31,536 bases of DNA from Myxococcales bacterium (GTDB lineage Bacteria > Myxococcota_A > UBA9042): the NCBI GenBank assembly GCA_037441385.1, contig JBBISH010000080.1:1-31536 (forward strand), given 5' to 3'. Position 1 is the first letter of the stretch. Every line of letters starts with the position of its first letter. The position numbers and the translations under genes are program-made. Positions 1 to 9,022 of the stretch are shown in pieces. The notes below the pieces were generated by a model. That model made no database searches, was not told the origin of the DNA, and saw nothing but the letters and a program-made list of their open reading frames with translations.

Positions 1-146
1 CGGAACTGGTATCCTACGCACCCCACCTGATTCGCGCCTGTACGGCTTTTCTGACCCGTTCTGCAACTGGCGAGAATCAGGTGGGGACCCCGGTTCGGGC
101 CCGGAGAATTGCCCGAGTTTTCGATCCGATTCGGACGGAACTGGTA

Positions 147-1433
147 TCAGCTGGGCCGGCGGCGGATCCACAGTGCGGCCGGGGCGACGAGCAAGACTTC
201 AAGCCAGGTCCAATGATTGCGTGGCTGGCTGCTGCGGCACCCCTCGTCCCCGGCTGCGGCGGGCGTGGGCTGCGAGCCTTCCGTGGTAGCGGTGGCCGGG
301 GCCGCGAGCAGGGCTTGCACGAACGGCCAGTTGGCCTGGCAGATCTGCGCCGAAGCGTTGTTGCACAGGTGCGGCGTCAGCGCGGCGGCGCGGTACAGTG
401 GCTGCAGCGTGGCGCCAGCGTCGGTCGACCGGCCCAGGCTGAAACCAGCGCTTGCTTCGTCGGCGCAGGCGTAGAGGCCGGCCTTGGTCCAGGTGAGGCA
501 GCGCACGCCGGTGCTGTTCACCTTTTGCAGTGGACCACCGGCCGCGGCGCCGCGCCACAGCCCGCCGGTGCTGCCCGCCGTACCGGCCGCGATCTGCGTC
601 CCGTCCGGCGACACCGCAAACCCCAACAGCTTTCCGTCGGCTTGGTGGCGCAGGACCCACGTCGAGCCGCCATCGTCGCTTTGCCATAGCTGGTCGCCGG
701 CGTCGACCTGAGCGCGCAACCACAGACGCTGGCTGTTGTCGGGCGCCACGCCGCCGATCCAGGTCGCGGTGGGCGCGGCCGGGCCCGTTGGCGCAAACGG
801 CAGTGTCTGCCACGAAGCGCCGCGGTCGTCGCTCCGCAAGAGCCAGTGCTGCGCGCCGGCATTGCTCGTCCGGCTTGAGGCGTAGAGGCGCCCACCGGCG
901 GCCATGTCGACCGTGAGGACTTCGTGCTCGGCGGGCCAGGGCTGGCCCAGGGGGTGCCAAGTTTCGCCGCCGTCGGTGGTTTCTTGCAGAGAGTCGCCGG
1001 CTACCGGAGCGTGGACCAGGGCGACTGCGCGCAAGCTTTGGGTTGGATCGCGGGCCAGGTCGACACCCGCCGCCGCTTCCGCGCCAGCCGGCGGACTCCA
1101 GCTCAACCAACTGCACGCCCCCGGCTGCGCTGTACGCAGGCCAAGGGCGCTGGTCACCGTTAAATTTCCATTCCCAGCATACAGTAGAAACGGATCCAGC
1201 TGGCCAGCCAAAGGGATCGCCTCTTCGCACAGCCAGCGCCAGTGGTCGCCGCCGTCTTCCGTCAGAATCAACCCATACGTGGCGCGAATCGCGAGGATCT
1301 GTGGATTGCTGGGGTGGGCGGCCAGCAGGCCCGCCGCCGGATAGCGCCCGTTGGCTTGCGCGCTGGGCATCCCGGCCGCACACGCAACTGTAAACCAGAG
1401 AACCAAACTCGCCGACCGCGCCCGTTTCGTCAT
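147..1433 (-). CDS. Secreted BNR/Asp-box beta-propeller protein with MYXO-CTERM-like C-terminal anchor
   Basis: Likely start ATG at 1433 (MTKRARS...) overlaps the upstream TGA (TGATG). Signal peptide ends AQA. Repeated Asp-boxes (TEDGGDHW, TTDGGETW, SDDRGASW, SDDGGSTW). Tail GC...hydrophobic...RRR. Confidence 0.75.
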   Translation of the reverse strand: MTKRARSASLVLWFTVACAAGMPSAQANGRYPAAGLLAAHPSNPQILAIRATYGLILTEDGGDHWRWLCEEAIPLAGQLDPFLLYAGNGNLTVTSALGLRTAQPGACSWLSWSPPAGAEAAAGVDLARDPTQSLRAVALVHAPVAGDSLQETTDGGETWHPLGQPWPAEHEVLTVDMAAGGRLYASSRTSNAGAQHWLLRSDDRGASWQTLPFAPTGPAAPTATWIGGVAPDNSQRLWLRAQVDAGDQLWQSDDGGSTWVLRHQADGKLLGFAVSPDGTQIAAGTAGSTGGLWRGAAAGGPLQKVNSTGVRCLTWTKAGLYACADEASAGFSLGRSTDAGATLQPLYRAAALTPHLCNNASAQICQANWPFVQALLAAPATATTEGSQPTPAAAGDEGCRSSQPRNHWTWLEVLLVAPAALWIRRRPS

Positions 1434-2164
1434 CACAACCCCAGGTAGGCCAGCACGTTGGCGAGCTGCGCGTCGCTCAGCGTCTGCCGGGCAAAGGGCG
1501 GCATGCGGCCACCATAACCCAAGAACGGCCCATGGCGTACCTTCTCGATGGCGATCAGCCGCTGGTCCTGGGGCGTGTACTGCCCATGCTCTTTCACGAA
1601 TTCGTCGGGCAATATTGGAGTTTGCGCAGACAGCCGGCCGGCGCCCGTATGCACCTTGCCGTGGCAGGTCGCGCAGGCGGCTTGGTAGACCAGGGCGCCC
1701 GCCGCGACCTGACCGGCCGGCAGGTCGCTGATGGGGCCGATCGCGGACCAGGTCACGGCCTCGGGCAGGCTCGGTCCGGCCACCTCGAGCCACGCCCACA
1801 CCGCTTGGGCGTCGGCATCCGTGGGTTGCCACGCTTGGCTGGCGTCCATGAACCAGAAACGGCAGACGTTGATGGCCGGGAGCAGGTCGCGCACCTGTCC
1901 GCCCCAGTAGGATGGCCGGGCGATGGCCCCGGCGAGCGGTGCCCCTGGCAGAAGGCGCCCACCGGGGTCGAGCGCCGTCAAGGGGTGGCAAGTGCTGCAA
2001 GCAAAGGCATTGCTCGGCGAAGGCGACGCCTGCGGGTGCTCTATCAGCCAGAGCCCGTGGGCTTGCGCCGACCCCACCGCGCTTGGCTCGCTGGTGCACG
2101 CTTGCACGACCAACGCTGTGACCAACAGCAGCCGGGCCGATCCGTGGGCCAGCGCGCGGGTCAC
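1433..2164 (-). CDS. Di-heme c-type cytochrome lipoprotein (TsdA/SoxA-like ligand pattern)
   Basis: GTG start overlaps the upstream stop (GTGA). Lipobox-like VQAC, two CxxCH motifs (CSTCH, CATCH), an INVC segment and a C-terminal RMPP Met-ligand motif. Confidence 0.75.
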   Translation of the reverse strand: MTRALAHGSARLLLVTALVVQACTSEPSAVGSAQAHGLWLIEHPQASPSPSNAFACSTCHPLTALDPGGRLLPGAPLAGAIARPSYWGGQVRDLLPAINVCRFWFMDASQAWQPTDADAQAVWAWLEVAGPSLPEAVTWSAIGPISDLPAGQVAAGALVYQAACATCHGKVHTGAGRLSAQTPILPDEFVKEHGQYTPQDQRLIAIEKVRHGPFLGYGGRMPPFARQTLSDAQLANVLAYLGL

Positions 2165-3387
2165 GGTGCCCCCGCCAGGGCGACGCGGTCGGGATAGGCT
2201 CCGGTCGCCACGCTCCAAAGGCTGTGCAACGACTGCGGATCCAGCGCCAGCACCCGCCCTGGCCCCTGGTGATCGCCCTCGCAGACCACCAGCAGCGGCC
2301 CCGACTGGCTGCGCTGCACCTCGTGCGGCCTGAGGCACTCGCCAGGCAAGAAAGTTCGCTTGTTCAGGGTCTTGCCTGTTGCCGCCTCAACTTGGTAGAG
2401 GGCGTCGGGACTCTGAGTCGGCACCCACAGCGTGGCCGCGTCGGCCGACCACGCCGCAAAATACACTGCGCCCGCGGCTGCTTCGGTCCAATGGGGCGCG
2501 GCGACTTTGCCGGTTTGCAGGTCAAAGAACCACAGGTCGCGGCTCTCGGTACAGCCCACCGCCGCCACGTGGCCCAAAGGATCGGCAACCAAGCTGTAGG
2601 GGCCGTAACTCGGCGCGCCGTCGCTAGTCGCCGCCGATCCCAGGGGAGTCCGCACCACCGCCACCGGCGACTGGGTCAGGTCCACGCTCGCCACCGCGTC
2701 TTCGCCATAGCAGGCCACCCAGGCGCGGCGGCCGTCCGGCGCGACCGTCAAACCATGAGGCAGGACACAGACTTGCGTCGACTTGGGCATCTCCGCGCCC
2801 ACCTTGGCCGCCGCCATCCAGGTCAAGCGGCCGCGGCGCTGCGGCAAAGTCGCCCCTTTGGTGGCCGCGACCAGGTCGAAGTGGCTGATCACCAACGTCG
2901 ATCCGTCTGCCGACAGTGCAATGTCGCCGGGGTTGGCCTCGATCGCGCTCTCGGCCTCGGCGCGCAGATCGCTCAAGCGCAGCTTCTGCACATAGCCGGG
3001 ACGGACGCTGGAACCGTGCGCGGCATGGGGCCCGGCGGTCAGGGGCTGGGCCGGGTAACTGAGCGCGACGTATCCATATCCGCGGGCGCGATCGATGGCG
3101 AGGTGGTGCGGCCCGTCGATCGCCACCGGGTCCCGGCCGACCGCCACACTCGCCAGCCGCTGGCCGGTCAGCGGATCCAGGGCCGTCAGCGTGTCCGCGC
3201 CGCTGTCCGAAGTCAGCGCCCATTCGCCAGGTGGCCACGGAATATCGGCGGGCGCCAAGACAAACGCGTCGCCGTGGTAGGACTGCCAATCGGGCGCGAC
3301 CGATTGCGTCTGGCAGGCGACCAGCGCAAGACTGGCGAGTCCCGTCGCGGCGGCAACTTGCAGCGAAAGTGGCCGGCTCCGGGGCAT
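2161..3387 (-). CDS. YncE/YVTN-like beta-propeller lipoprotein
   Basis: Lipobox LVAC, propeller repeats (PGDIALSADGS, PHGLTVAPDGRR), RBS AGGAG upstream of the ATG. Confidence 0.75.
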   Translation of the reverse strand: MPRSRPLSLQVAAATGLASLALVACQTQSVAPDWQSYHGDAFVLAPADIPWPPGEWALTSDSGADTLTALDPLTGQRLASVAVGRDPVAIDGPHHLAIDRARGYGYVALSYPAQPLTAGPHAAHGSSVRPGYVQKLRLSDLRAEAESAIEANPGDIALSADGSTLVISHFDLVAATKGATLPQRRGRLTWMAAAKVGAEMPKSTQVCVLPHGLTVAPDGRRAWVACYGEDAVASVDLTQSPVAVVRTPLGSAATSDGAPSYGPYSLVADPLGHVAAVGCTESRDLWFFDLQTGKVAAPHWTEAAAGAVYFAAWSADAATLWVPTQSPDALYQVEAATGKTLNKRTFLPGECLRPHEVQRSQSGPLLVVCEGDHQGPGRVLALDPQSLHSLWSVATGAYPDRVALAGAP

Positions 3388-3736
3388 GGCACTCCTGCGG
3401 TGCGGTCCAAGCGCCCCGCGACTTGGGGGCAGCGGGGACTGGCTACCGGCGAGCCTACGGTCGGCCCCACCCCTGTCAAGCGCGCCGCCAAGCCACGGCC
3501 GGCGGTGGCCGACTTCGCCTGTGAACCGCGACCTTCTGATTGCAGTACCCTCGGATTCTTCTTGATGATTCGCTTTATGATTAAGTAGTTCTGCCTCGAA
3601 ATGCCGTGGGGTCGGCGGCGGTGCCCGCGCTATTTCGTGGCTTTCCTAGCGAGTGATATGGTTGTTCATCTTCTAGTAGTTGAATATTTCAGACTATTTT
3701 CCTGTAGGTCCCGTCGAAATTGGCCTTGCGTCGACC

Positions 3737-3752
3737 TGGCACGCCCCTTGCT
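3737..3752 (+). promoter_or_regulatory. Sigma-54 (-24/-12) promoter
   Basis: TGGCACG-CCCC-TTGCT matches the TGGCACG-N4-TTGCW consensus exactly, ~70 bp before ATG 3820. An AT-rich tract lies upstream at ~3550-3720. Confidence 0.75.
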
Positions 3753-3819
3753 TGCTCTTGGGGCAGAGGTCAGGCCACCCTGGTCGACCCGCACGGCAAC
3801 CCTGGAGGATGGCAACACC

Positions 3820-5151
3820 ATGGCCCTATTTCGTCCCGAATTTGCGCCGCCGCTCGCGCTCCGCTGCGCCCTGGTCCTGGCTGCCAGTGCCGCCGCGTGC
3901 ACCACCGAAGTGCAGAAGGTCGAGACCGTGTGCAAGTCCGGCACCATGTGCACCTACGCAGGCGTCGGCCGCAGTGGCTTCAACGGCGACGGCCTGGACC
4001 GCCGCGACAGCCTGTTGTCGCTGCCCGTGGACATCGCCTTTGGCTGCGACGGCCGCATGGCCATCATCGATTTCAACAACTACCGCGTGCGGATCGTCCA
4101 GGCCGACGAGACGCTGAAGACGGTGGTCGGCGACGGCTTTCCTGGTGATGGCGACCCTGCGCAAGCCGACAAGACGGCCGCAGGCGCCGAGGCCACCCAG
4201 GTGCGCCTCAACCACCCGTCGGACCTGTTCTTTCCCGCCATGGACACCGCCCTGGCCAACCAGTGCGACGGCGTCTTGACCGCCTGGCACAACCATCGCG
4301 TGCGCGTGTGGGATCCCGTGGCGCACCGCGTCTATGCCCACTGCGGTTCCAACCCAGGCTATGGCGGCGACGGCAAAGTGGTCACGCCCGCTACGCAATT
4401 CAACCAACCGTCCAAAGCTGTGCAAGACGGTGACGGCAACACCTACCTCATCGACTCGCGCAACTGGGTGATCCGCAAAATCGCCAAAGACGGCACGATC
4501 TCAACCATCGCTGGTCAAAAGCCCAAAACGCCGGCCCAGCAGTGGTCGGGCTTTGACCTGGCCTCGGATACGGCGCCGGTGCCGCTGGCGGGGTCGCCGT
4601 TCTTGTTCTTCGACCTCATCGAGTTCTCGAATCCGGTCGTGCCCGGCGGCGGCCTAGCCCTCAGCCCCGACAACACCACGCTCTACGTCGCCGACACGGG
4701 CAATCACCGCATCCGCGCCATCGACTTGAAGGCCGGCACGGTCAAGACCATCGCCGGCTCCGGCCCCTCGGGCTGCACGGACGACAAGGGCGCCGCCGTG
4801 CAGTGCCAGCAAGACACCACCTATGCCACCAAGGGCAGCTTTGCCGGCGACGGCGGGCCAGCCTTGCAGGCGCGCCTGAATGGGCCGCACGACCTGGCCT
4901 GGGGGCCCGATGGCCGCCTGTACTTTGCCGACACTGGCAACAACCGCATCCGCGCCATCAACCTGGTCACCGGGGTCATCGACACTGTCGCCGGCAGCGG
5001 CCAGGGCGATTTTGGCGATACCGACGTGGGCGACGGCAAGCCGGCTCTGCAGGCCCGTTTGGCGGGGCCCTCGGGCATCGCCTTTGACAAGGCGGGCAAC
5101 CTCTACATCGCGGATATGTTTCACTCGCGCATCCGAGTGGTGCCCAAGTAG
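3820..5151 (+). CDS. NHL-repeat lipoprotein
   Basis: GGAGG RBS then ATG 3820. Lipobox AAAC. NHL repeats (LYVADTGNHRIR, LYFADTGNNRIR, LYIADMFHSRIR, GDGGPALQARLNGP). Confidence 0.85.
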   Translation: MALFRPEFAPPLALRCALVLAASAAACTTEVQKVETVCKSGTMCTYAGVGRSGFNGDGLDRRDSLLSLPVDIAFGCDGRMAIIDFNNYRVRIVQADETLKTVVGDGFPGDGDPAQADKTAAGAEATQVRLNHPSDLFFPAMDTALANQCDGVLTAWHNHRVRVWDPVAHRVYAHCGSNPGYGGDGKVVTPATQFNQPSKAVQDGDGNTYLIDSRNWVIRKIAKDGTISTIAGQKPKTPAQQWSGFDLASDTAPVPLAGSPFLFFDLIEFSNPVVPGGGLALSPDNTTLYVADTGNHRIRAIDLKAGTVKTIAGSGPSGCTDDKGAAVQCQQDTTYATKGSFAGDGGPALQARLNGPHDLAWGPDGRLYFADTGNNRIRAINLVTGVIDTVAGSGQGDFGDTDVGDGKPALQARLAGPSGIAFDKAGNLYIADMFHSRIRVVPK

Positions 5152-5194
5152 TTCCCGCAGCTCGTCGGTGACCCGCGTTGCCGCAAGGAAGACC

Positions 5195-6688
5195 ATGATT
5201 CGCAAAGGAACTCCACTGCTGCTGGTTGCGTGCGCCGCCACCGCAGCGTGCACGACGGTTGAAAATCAAACGATCTCTCACGCCTACAAAGAGAGCTATG
5301 CTCAGCCCAAGTCCTGCGCTGGCCAAAAGAGCTGCATTACTACGGTAGCGGGCACCGGCGTGCAGGCCTACGGCGACGACAACGTGGTCGGCTGGAAAAG
5401 CGATTTGAACTTTCCGCAGGACGCCGTGGTCGGGCCTGGTGGGGTCATCTACTACATCGACTGGAACGACCATCGCATCCGCAAGCTGGACGCGACCTCG
5501 GGCATCACCACCACGGTGGTCGGCAGTGGCAAGATCGGCGACGTAGGCAAGGGCGAGATTCCGACCGACGCCGCGCTGAACCACCCGACCGGCATCACCT
5601 TCGACAAAGCGGGGGTGCTTTGGATCGCCGCCTGGCACAACTCGAAAATCAAGAAGGTCGACCCCGCCAAGAACATTCTGGAGGAATTCGCCGGCACCGG
5701 TGGCCGCGCCTTTGGGGGCGACGGCGGGCCCGCGGCCAAGGCGGTGTTCGACCTGCCGAGCGCGCTCGATTTTGACGACGCTGGCGACATGTACATCGCC
5801 GACCAGTCCAACCAGCGCATCCGCAAGGTCGACATGAAGGCGGGCACCATCAGCACCGTGGTCGGTTCGCGGTGGGTGACGGATACGCTGGAGAAGGCGG
5901 GCAAGCCCTTGCTGTTGCCCGCAAACGCGCAATGGCCCCAGAACGCCGACGGCACGCCCGCGCCGGGGGCCAAGACGCTGCCGGCGGTGACCTACGGCAC
6001 CTTCCAATGCAAGAACGGCGGCATCGGCCCGGGGCACGTCGACGCGCTGGCGCCTTGGGGCGTGGATCTGCCCACGCCGTCGACCAATTCAGTCTGCCAG
6101 TTCGACCTCACCCAGCCCGATTTCTGCAAGAAGGCGACCGATGGCACCCCGGCCAAGCTCAATCTGCCGGCGCCCGACTTGTGCGGCGGCTTTGGCGGCG
6201 ATGGCGGTCCGGCGCTGGCAGCCTATCTGGCGGGGCCCAAGCTGCAGTTCTCGTATCCGGCGAGCCGGCTGGTGATTCGCAAGAACAAGATGTTCATCGC
6301 GGACACCTACAACAACCGCATCCGTATGGTGGACCTGAGCGCGGCTCCGCCGACCATCGACACCGTGGCGGGCGACGGGACGGCTGGCTATGCCGGCGAC
6401 GGCGGCGACGCCAAGGCCGCGCAGCTGAACGGCCCCACGGACGTGGACCAACTGCCCGACGGCACGCTCTTGATTGCCGACAAGGACAACCACTGCATCC
6501 GCGCGGTCAGAGACGGCAAGATCTCGACTTTTGCCGGCCAGTGCGGCAAGCAGGGCTTTGCGGGCGACGGGGGCGCGGCCGAGCAGGCCAAGTTCAACCA
6601 GCCCTTCGGCATCGGCGTGGGTCCCGACGGCACCGTGTACGTGGCCGACACCTGGAACCAGCGGCTGCGGGCGATTACGCCCAAGTAG
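5195..6688 (+). CDS. NHL-repeat lipoprotein (paralog of the upstream gene)
   Basis: AAGGA RBS, ATG 5195, lipobox TAAC, NHL repeats (MYIADQSNQRIR, FIADTYNNRIR, VYVADTWNQRLR). Confidence 0.85.
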   Translation: MIRKGTPLLLVACAATAACTTVENQTISHAYKESYAQPKSCAGQKSCITTVAGTGVQAYGDDNVVGWKSDLNFPQDAVVGPGGVIYYIDWNDHRIRKLDATSGITTTVVGSGKIGDVGKGEIPTDAALNHPTGITFDKAGVLWIAAWHNSKIKKVDPAKNILEEFAGTGGRAFGGDGGPAAKAVFDLPSALDFDDAGDMYIADQSNQRIRKVDMKAGTISTVVGSRWVTDTLEKAGKPLLLPANAQWPQNADGTPAPGAKTLPAVTYGTFQCKNGGIGPGHVDALAPWGVDLPTPSTNSVCQFDLTQPDFCKKATDGTPAKLNLPAPDLCGGFGGDGGPALAAYLAGPKLQFSYPASRLVIRKNKMFIADTYNNRIRMVDLSAAPPTIDTVAGDGTAGYAGDGGDAKAAQLNGPTDVDQLPDGTLLIADKDNHCIRAVRDGKISTFAGQCGKQGFAGDGGAAEQAKFNQPFGIGVGPDGTVYVADTWNQRLRAITPK

Positions 6689-6695
6689 GACGGGG

Positions 6696-7802
6696 ATGGC
6701 AAAGGCGTGGGCATGTGGTGGCGGCGGACCGGGCTGGGGCTTGCCGGCGATTCTGGCCGCGACCTTGGGTTGGGTGGGCGGCTGCGACTCGTCCACCGCA
6801 ACGCCCAGCCACGAGGTCTGTGCCAGCGATCCGCCGCTGGCCGGCGCCAAGTGGCAGGTGCTCCTCGACCCGGACGTGAGCAGGGGCGCGCTGTTCAGCG
6901 TGTGGGGCTCGTCGCGCAGCGATGTGTGGGCCGTGGGAGCCGCCGACCAGCGCTTTGCCGGGCTGGGCCCGCAAGTGCTGCACTACGACGGCAAGTCCTG
7001 GCTGCGCCTCAAGTCCGGCGCCACGGGCGAGCTGTGGTGGGTCAGCCCGGGCGCCGCCAAGGGGGTGCTGTGGATGGCGGGGAGCGGCGGTCAGGTGGTG
7101 CGCAAGAACGCCGACGACAGCTTTGTCGTCCTGCACACGCCCAGTAGCACCCAACTCTACGGCGTTTTTGCGCTGAGCGACACGGACGTCTACGCGGTGG
7201 GTGGGGTCGCTGGCTGCGCGGGCGGCATCGCGTGCGGGGTCATCTGGCACTTCGACGGCAAGGATTGGACGGTGCCCGCGGGCCTGGAGCCCAAGCTCAG
7301 CGAAAAGGCCACCTGGTTCAAAGCGTGGGGCAGCGGCAGCGAGCTATGGGTGGTGGGCAGCGAGGGGCAAATCCTGCGCCGCGGCCCGTCGGGGTGGAGC
7401 AGTCAGGCCAGCGGCGCCACGGACTCGATCCTGACGGTGGCCGGCAATGGCAAACTCCGCATCGCGGTGGGTGGTTTTGGCTCTGGGCTGCTGCTAGAAG
7501 ACAGCGGCTCGGGCTGGCAGGTTGGCCAGTTTCAGGGCCAGCCGCCCGGCTTGAACGGCGTTTCCGTGCCGATGGACAGCCGCGCGGCAGCCGTGGGCTT
7601 TGGTGGCGCGGTCTGGCGCCGCTGCGATGGCCGGTGGCTCGCCGACCAGGGTCTGCAAAACCTGGGCGCCGGTGCCGACTTGCATGGTGTATGGAAGGCC
7701 CCAACCGGCGAGGTCTTTGCGGTGGGCGGCAACATCATGACGCCACCGTTTGCCGCAGGCGCACTAGTCTATTACGGGGCGCCGATCGCGGCGGTGCCGT
7801 AG
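6696..7802 (+). CDS. Secreted beta-propeller repeat protein (SxxDVWAVG-type repeats)
   Basis: ATG 8 bp after the previous stop. Repeats VWGSSRSDVWAVG, VFALSDTDVYAVG, VWKAPTGEVFAVG. Confidence 0.7.
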   Translation: MAKAWACGGGGPGWGLPAILAATLGWVGGCDSSTATPSHEVCASDPPLAGAKWQVLLDPDVSRGALFSVWGSSRSDVWAVGAADQRFAGLGPQVLHYDGKSWLRLKSGATGELWWVSPGAAKGVLWMAGSGGQVVRKNADDSFVVLHTPSSTQLYGVFALSDTDVYAVGGVAGCAGGIACGVIWHFDGKDWTVPAGLEPKLSEKATWFKAWGSGSELWVVGSEGQILRRGPSGWSSQASGATDSILTVAGNGKLRIAVGGFGSGLLLEDSGSGWQVGQFQGQPPGLNGVSVPMDSRAAAVGFGGAVWRRCDGRWLADQGLQNLGAGADLHGVWKAPTGEVFAVGGNIMTPPFAAGALVYYGAPIAAVP

Positions 7803-7803
7803 G

Positions 7804-8973
7804 TCAGGGCGACGTTTCGCCTGGGAACTTGCACTCGTAGCCGTTGAATTCCATGCCCGCCAGCCCGCAGTCAAAGCTGGCGTAGCCGGCGGCGCCGTCG
7901 CAGAAGGTCAGGGTGGTGGGAACGCTGGTGGTGGTGGCGGTGGGCACGCTGGCGCAGCTGCCTGGAATCGCACAGCCGGCGCCGGTCGGCTTGCCATCGC
8001 TGTCCAGGTGGGTCTGGCACGTCATCCCCAGCACGTTGCAGTCCAGCTTGTTCACCTGGCCGCCCTTGCAGTGGCTCCTTACGTTGCCATTGCAGTTGCT
8101 GACATAGGTGGTGTCATCGCAGGCGCCCGCGCTTGGCATCGCGCACGCGTCGGGGTCGTCGTCGAACTTGGCCGCGGCGTCGCAGGTGCCGCCGATGAGC
8201 CCGCAGTTGATCTCGATGGCGATGTTCTGCGTGCTGCCCGCATCGACGCACGCCTTGGTGATGGCACCGGCGCAGCTGAGGGTCTTGGGCGTGCTGCAGG
8301 GCGAGGTCTTGGCGCAGACGGCCTGGCTGCCTTTGTCGCCGACGAGGCTGACACAGGGCAGGCCCACCTGCGCACAGTCCACAGTGGTGGGCGTCTTGCC
8401 TTCGCAGTAGGTCATCTTCGAGCCGTCGCAGCTCCCCTGGTTGCTGGTGCAGTCCAGGTTGCCGCTCTTGACGCAGGCTTGGACTCCCGCGCAGTCCTTG
8501 GCGGTTGCGATGCAACTGGCGTAGGTGTCGATGCCGTAGTAGAGCAGGCTTTTGGCTTCGGCCAGGCCCGCGACTGCGGTGATTTTCTGGGCGATGGCGA
8601 GCGGGACCGGGTTCATGCACGTGGCGAACGAGCCGCTGAGGCAGTGGCTGGCTTTGGCGCACAGGATGGCGCGCTGGGTGTGGCTAGTGGCCGGCACCGT
8701 GCACTGGGTGGCGGTTACCACGTCGCCGGACTTGGTCTCGACGCAGGTTTCTGGGCTCTGGCAGGCGCCGTCGCTGACCCACGCGGCGTTCTTGCAGCGG
8801 ACCTTGCCGGTGGCGCCGGGCGCGCAGCCGATCTGGTCCTCTTTGGGGCAGGTGCTGCCCACGGCGCCGCCCGAGGTGACGGGTTGCACGGTGCCGCCGC
8901 CCCCGGAGTTGGGGGTGGTCGTGACACAGGCGGTGGTGGCGAGCAAGAGGGGAAGCCAGCTGGAAAAACGCAT
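7804..8973 (-). CDS. Cysteine-rich lipoprotein, function unknown
   Basis: Signal peptide with TTAC lipobox, recurring C-x-G...C...DC...G-x-x-C units, high-GC third-position bias. Confidence 0.7.
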   Translation of the reverse strand: MRFSSWLPLLLATTACVTTTPNSGGGGTVQPVTSGGAVGSTCPKEDQIGCAPGATGKVRCKNAAWVSDGACQSPETCVETKSGDVVTATQCTVPATSHTQRAILCAKASHCLSGSFATCMNPVPLAIAQKITAVAGLAEAKSLLYYGIDTYASCIATAKDCAGVQACVKSGNLDCTSNQGSCDGSKMTYCEGKTPTTVDCAQVGLPCVSLVGDKGSQAVCAKTSPCSTPKTLSCAGAITKACVDAGSTQNIAIEINCGLIGGTCDAAAKFDDDPDACAMPSAGACDDTTYVSNCNGNVRSHCKGGQVNKLDCNVLGMTCQTHLDSDGKPTGAGCAIPGSCASVPTATTTSVPTTLTFCDGAAGYASFDCGLAGMEFNGYECKFPGETSP

Positions 8974-9022
8974 GGAGTACCTCGACGGATCGGGCTGCGG
9001 CCGCGCCGAATGGGGGGCCAGT

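Noticed and set aside
1434..2099. N-terminal extension of the 650-aa ORF, and similar extensions at 3601, 4880, 6474, 26639 and 30440
   Set aside because: They overlap better-supported genes or repeats. Downstream starts have an RBS, a signal peptide or stop-start coupling.
3550..3720. Possible Fur box in the AT-rich intergenic tract
   Set aside because: The match to consensus is too weak. It is more simply the upstream region of the sigma-54 promoter.
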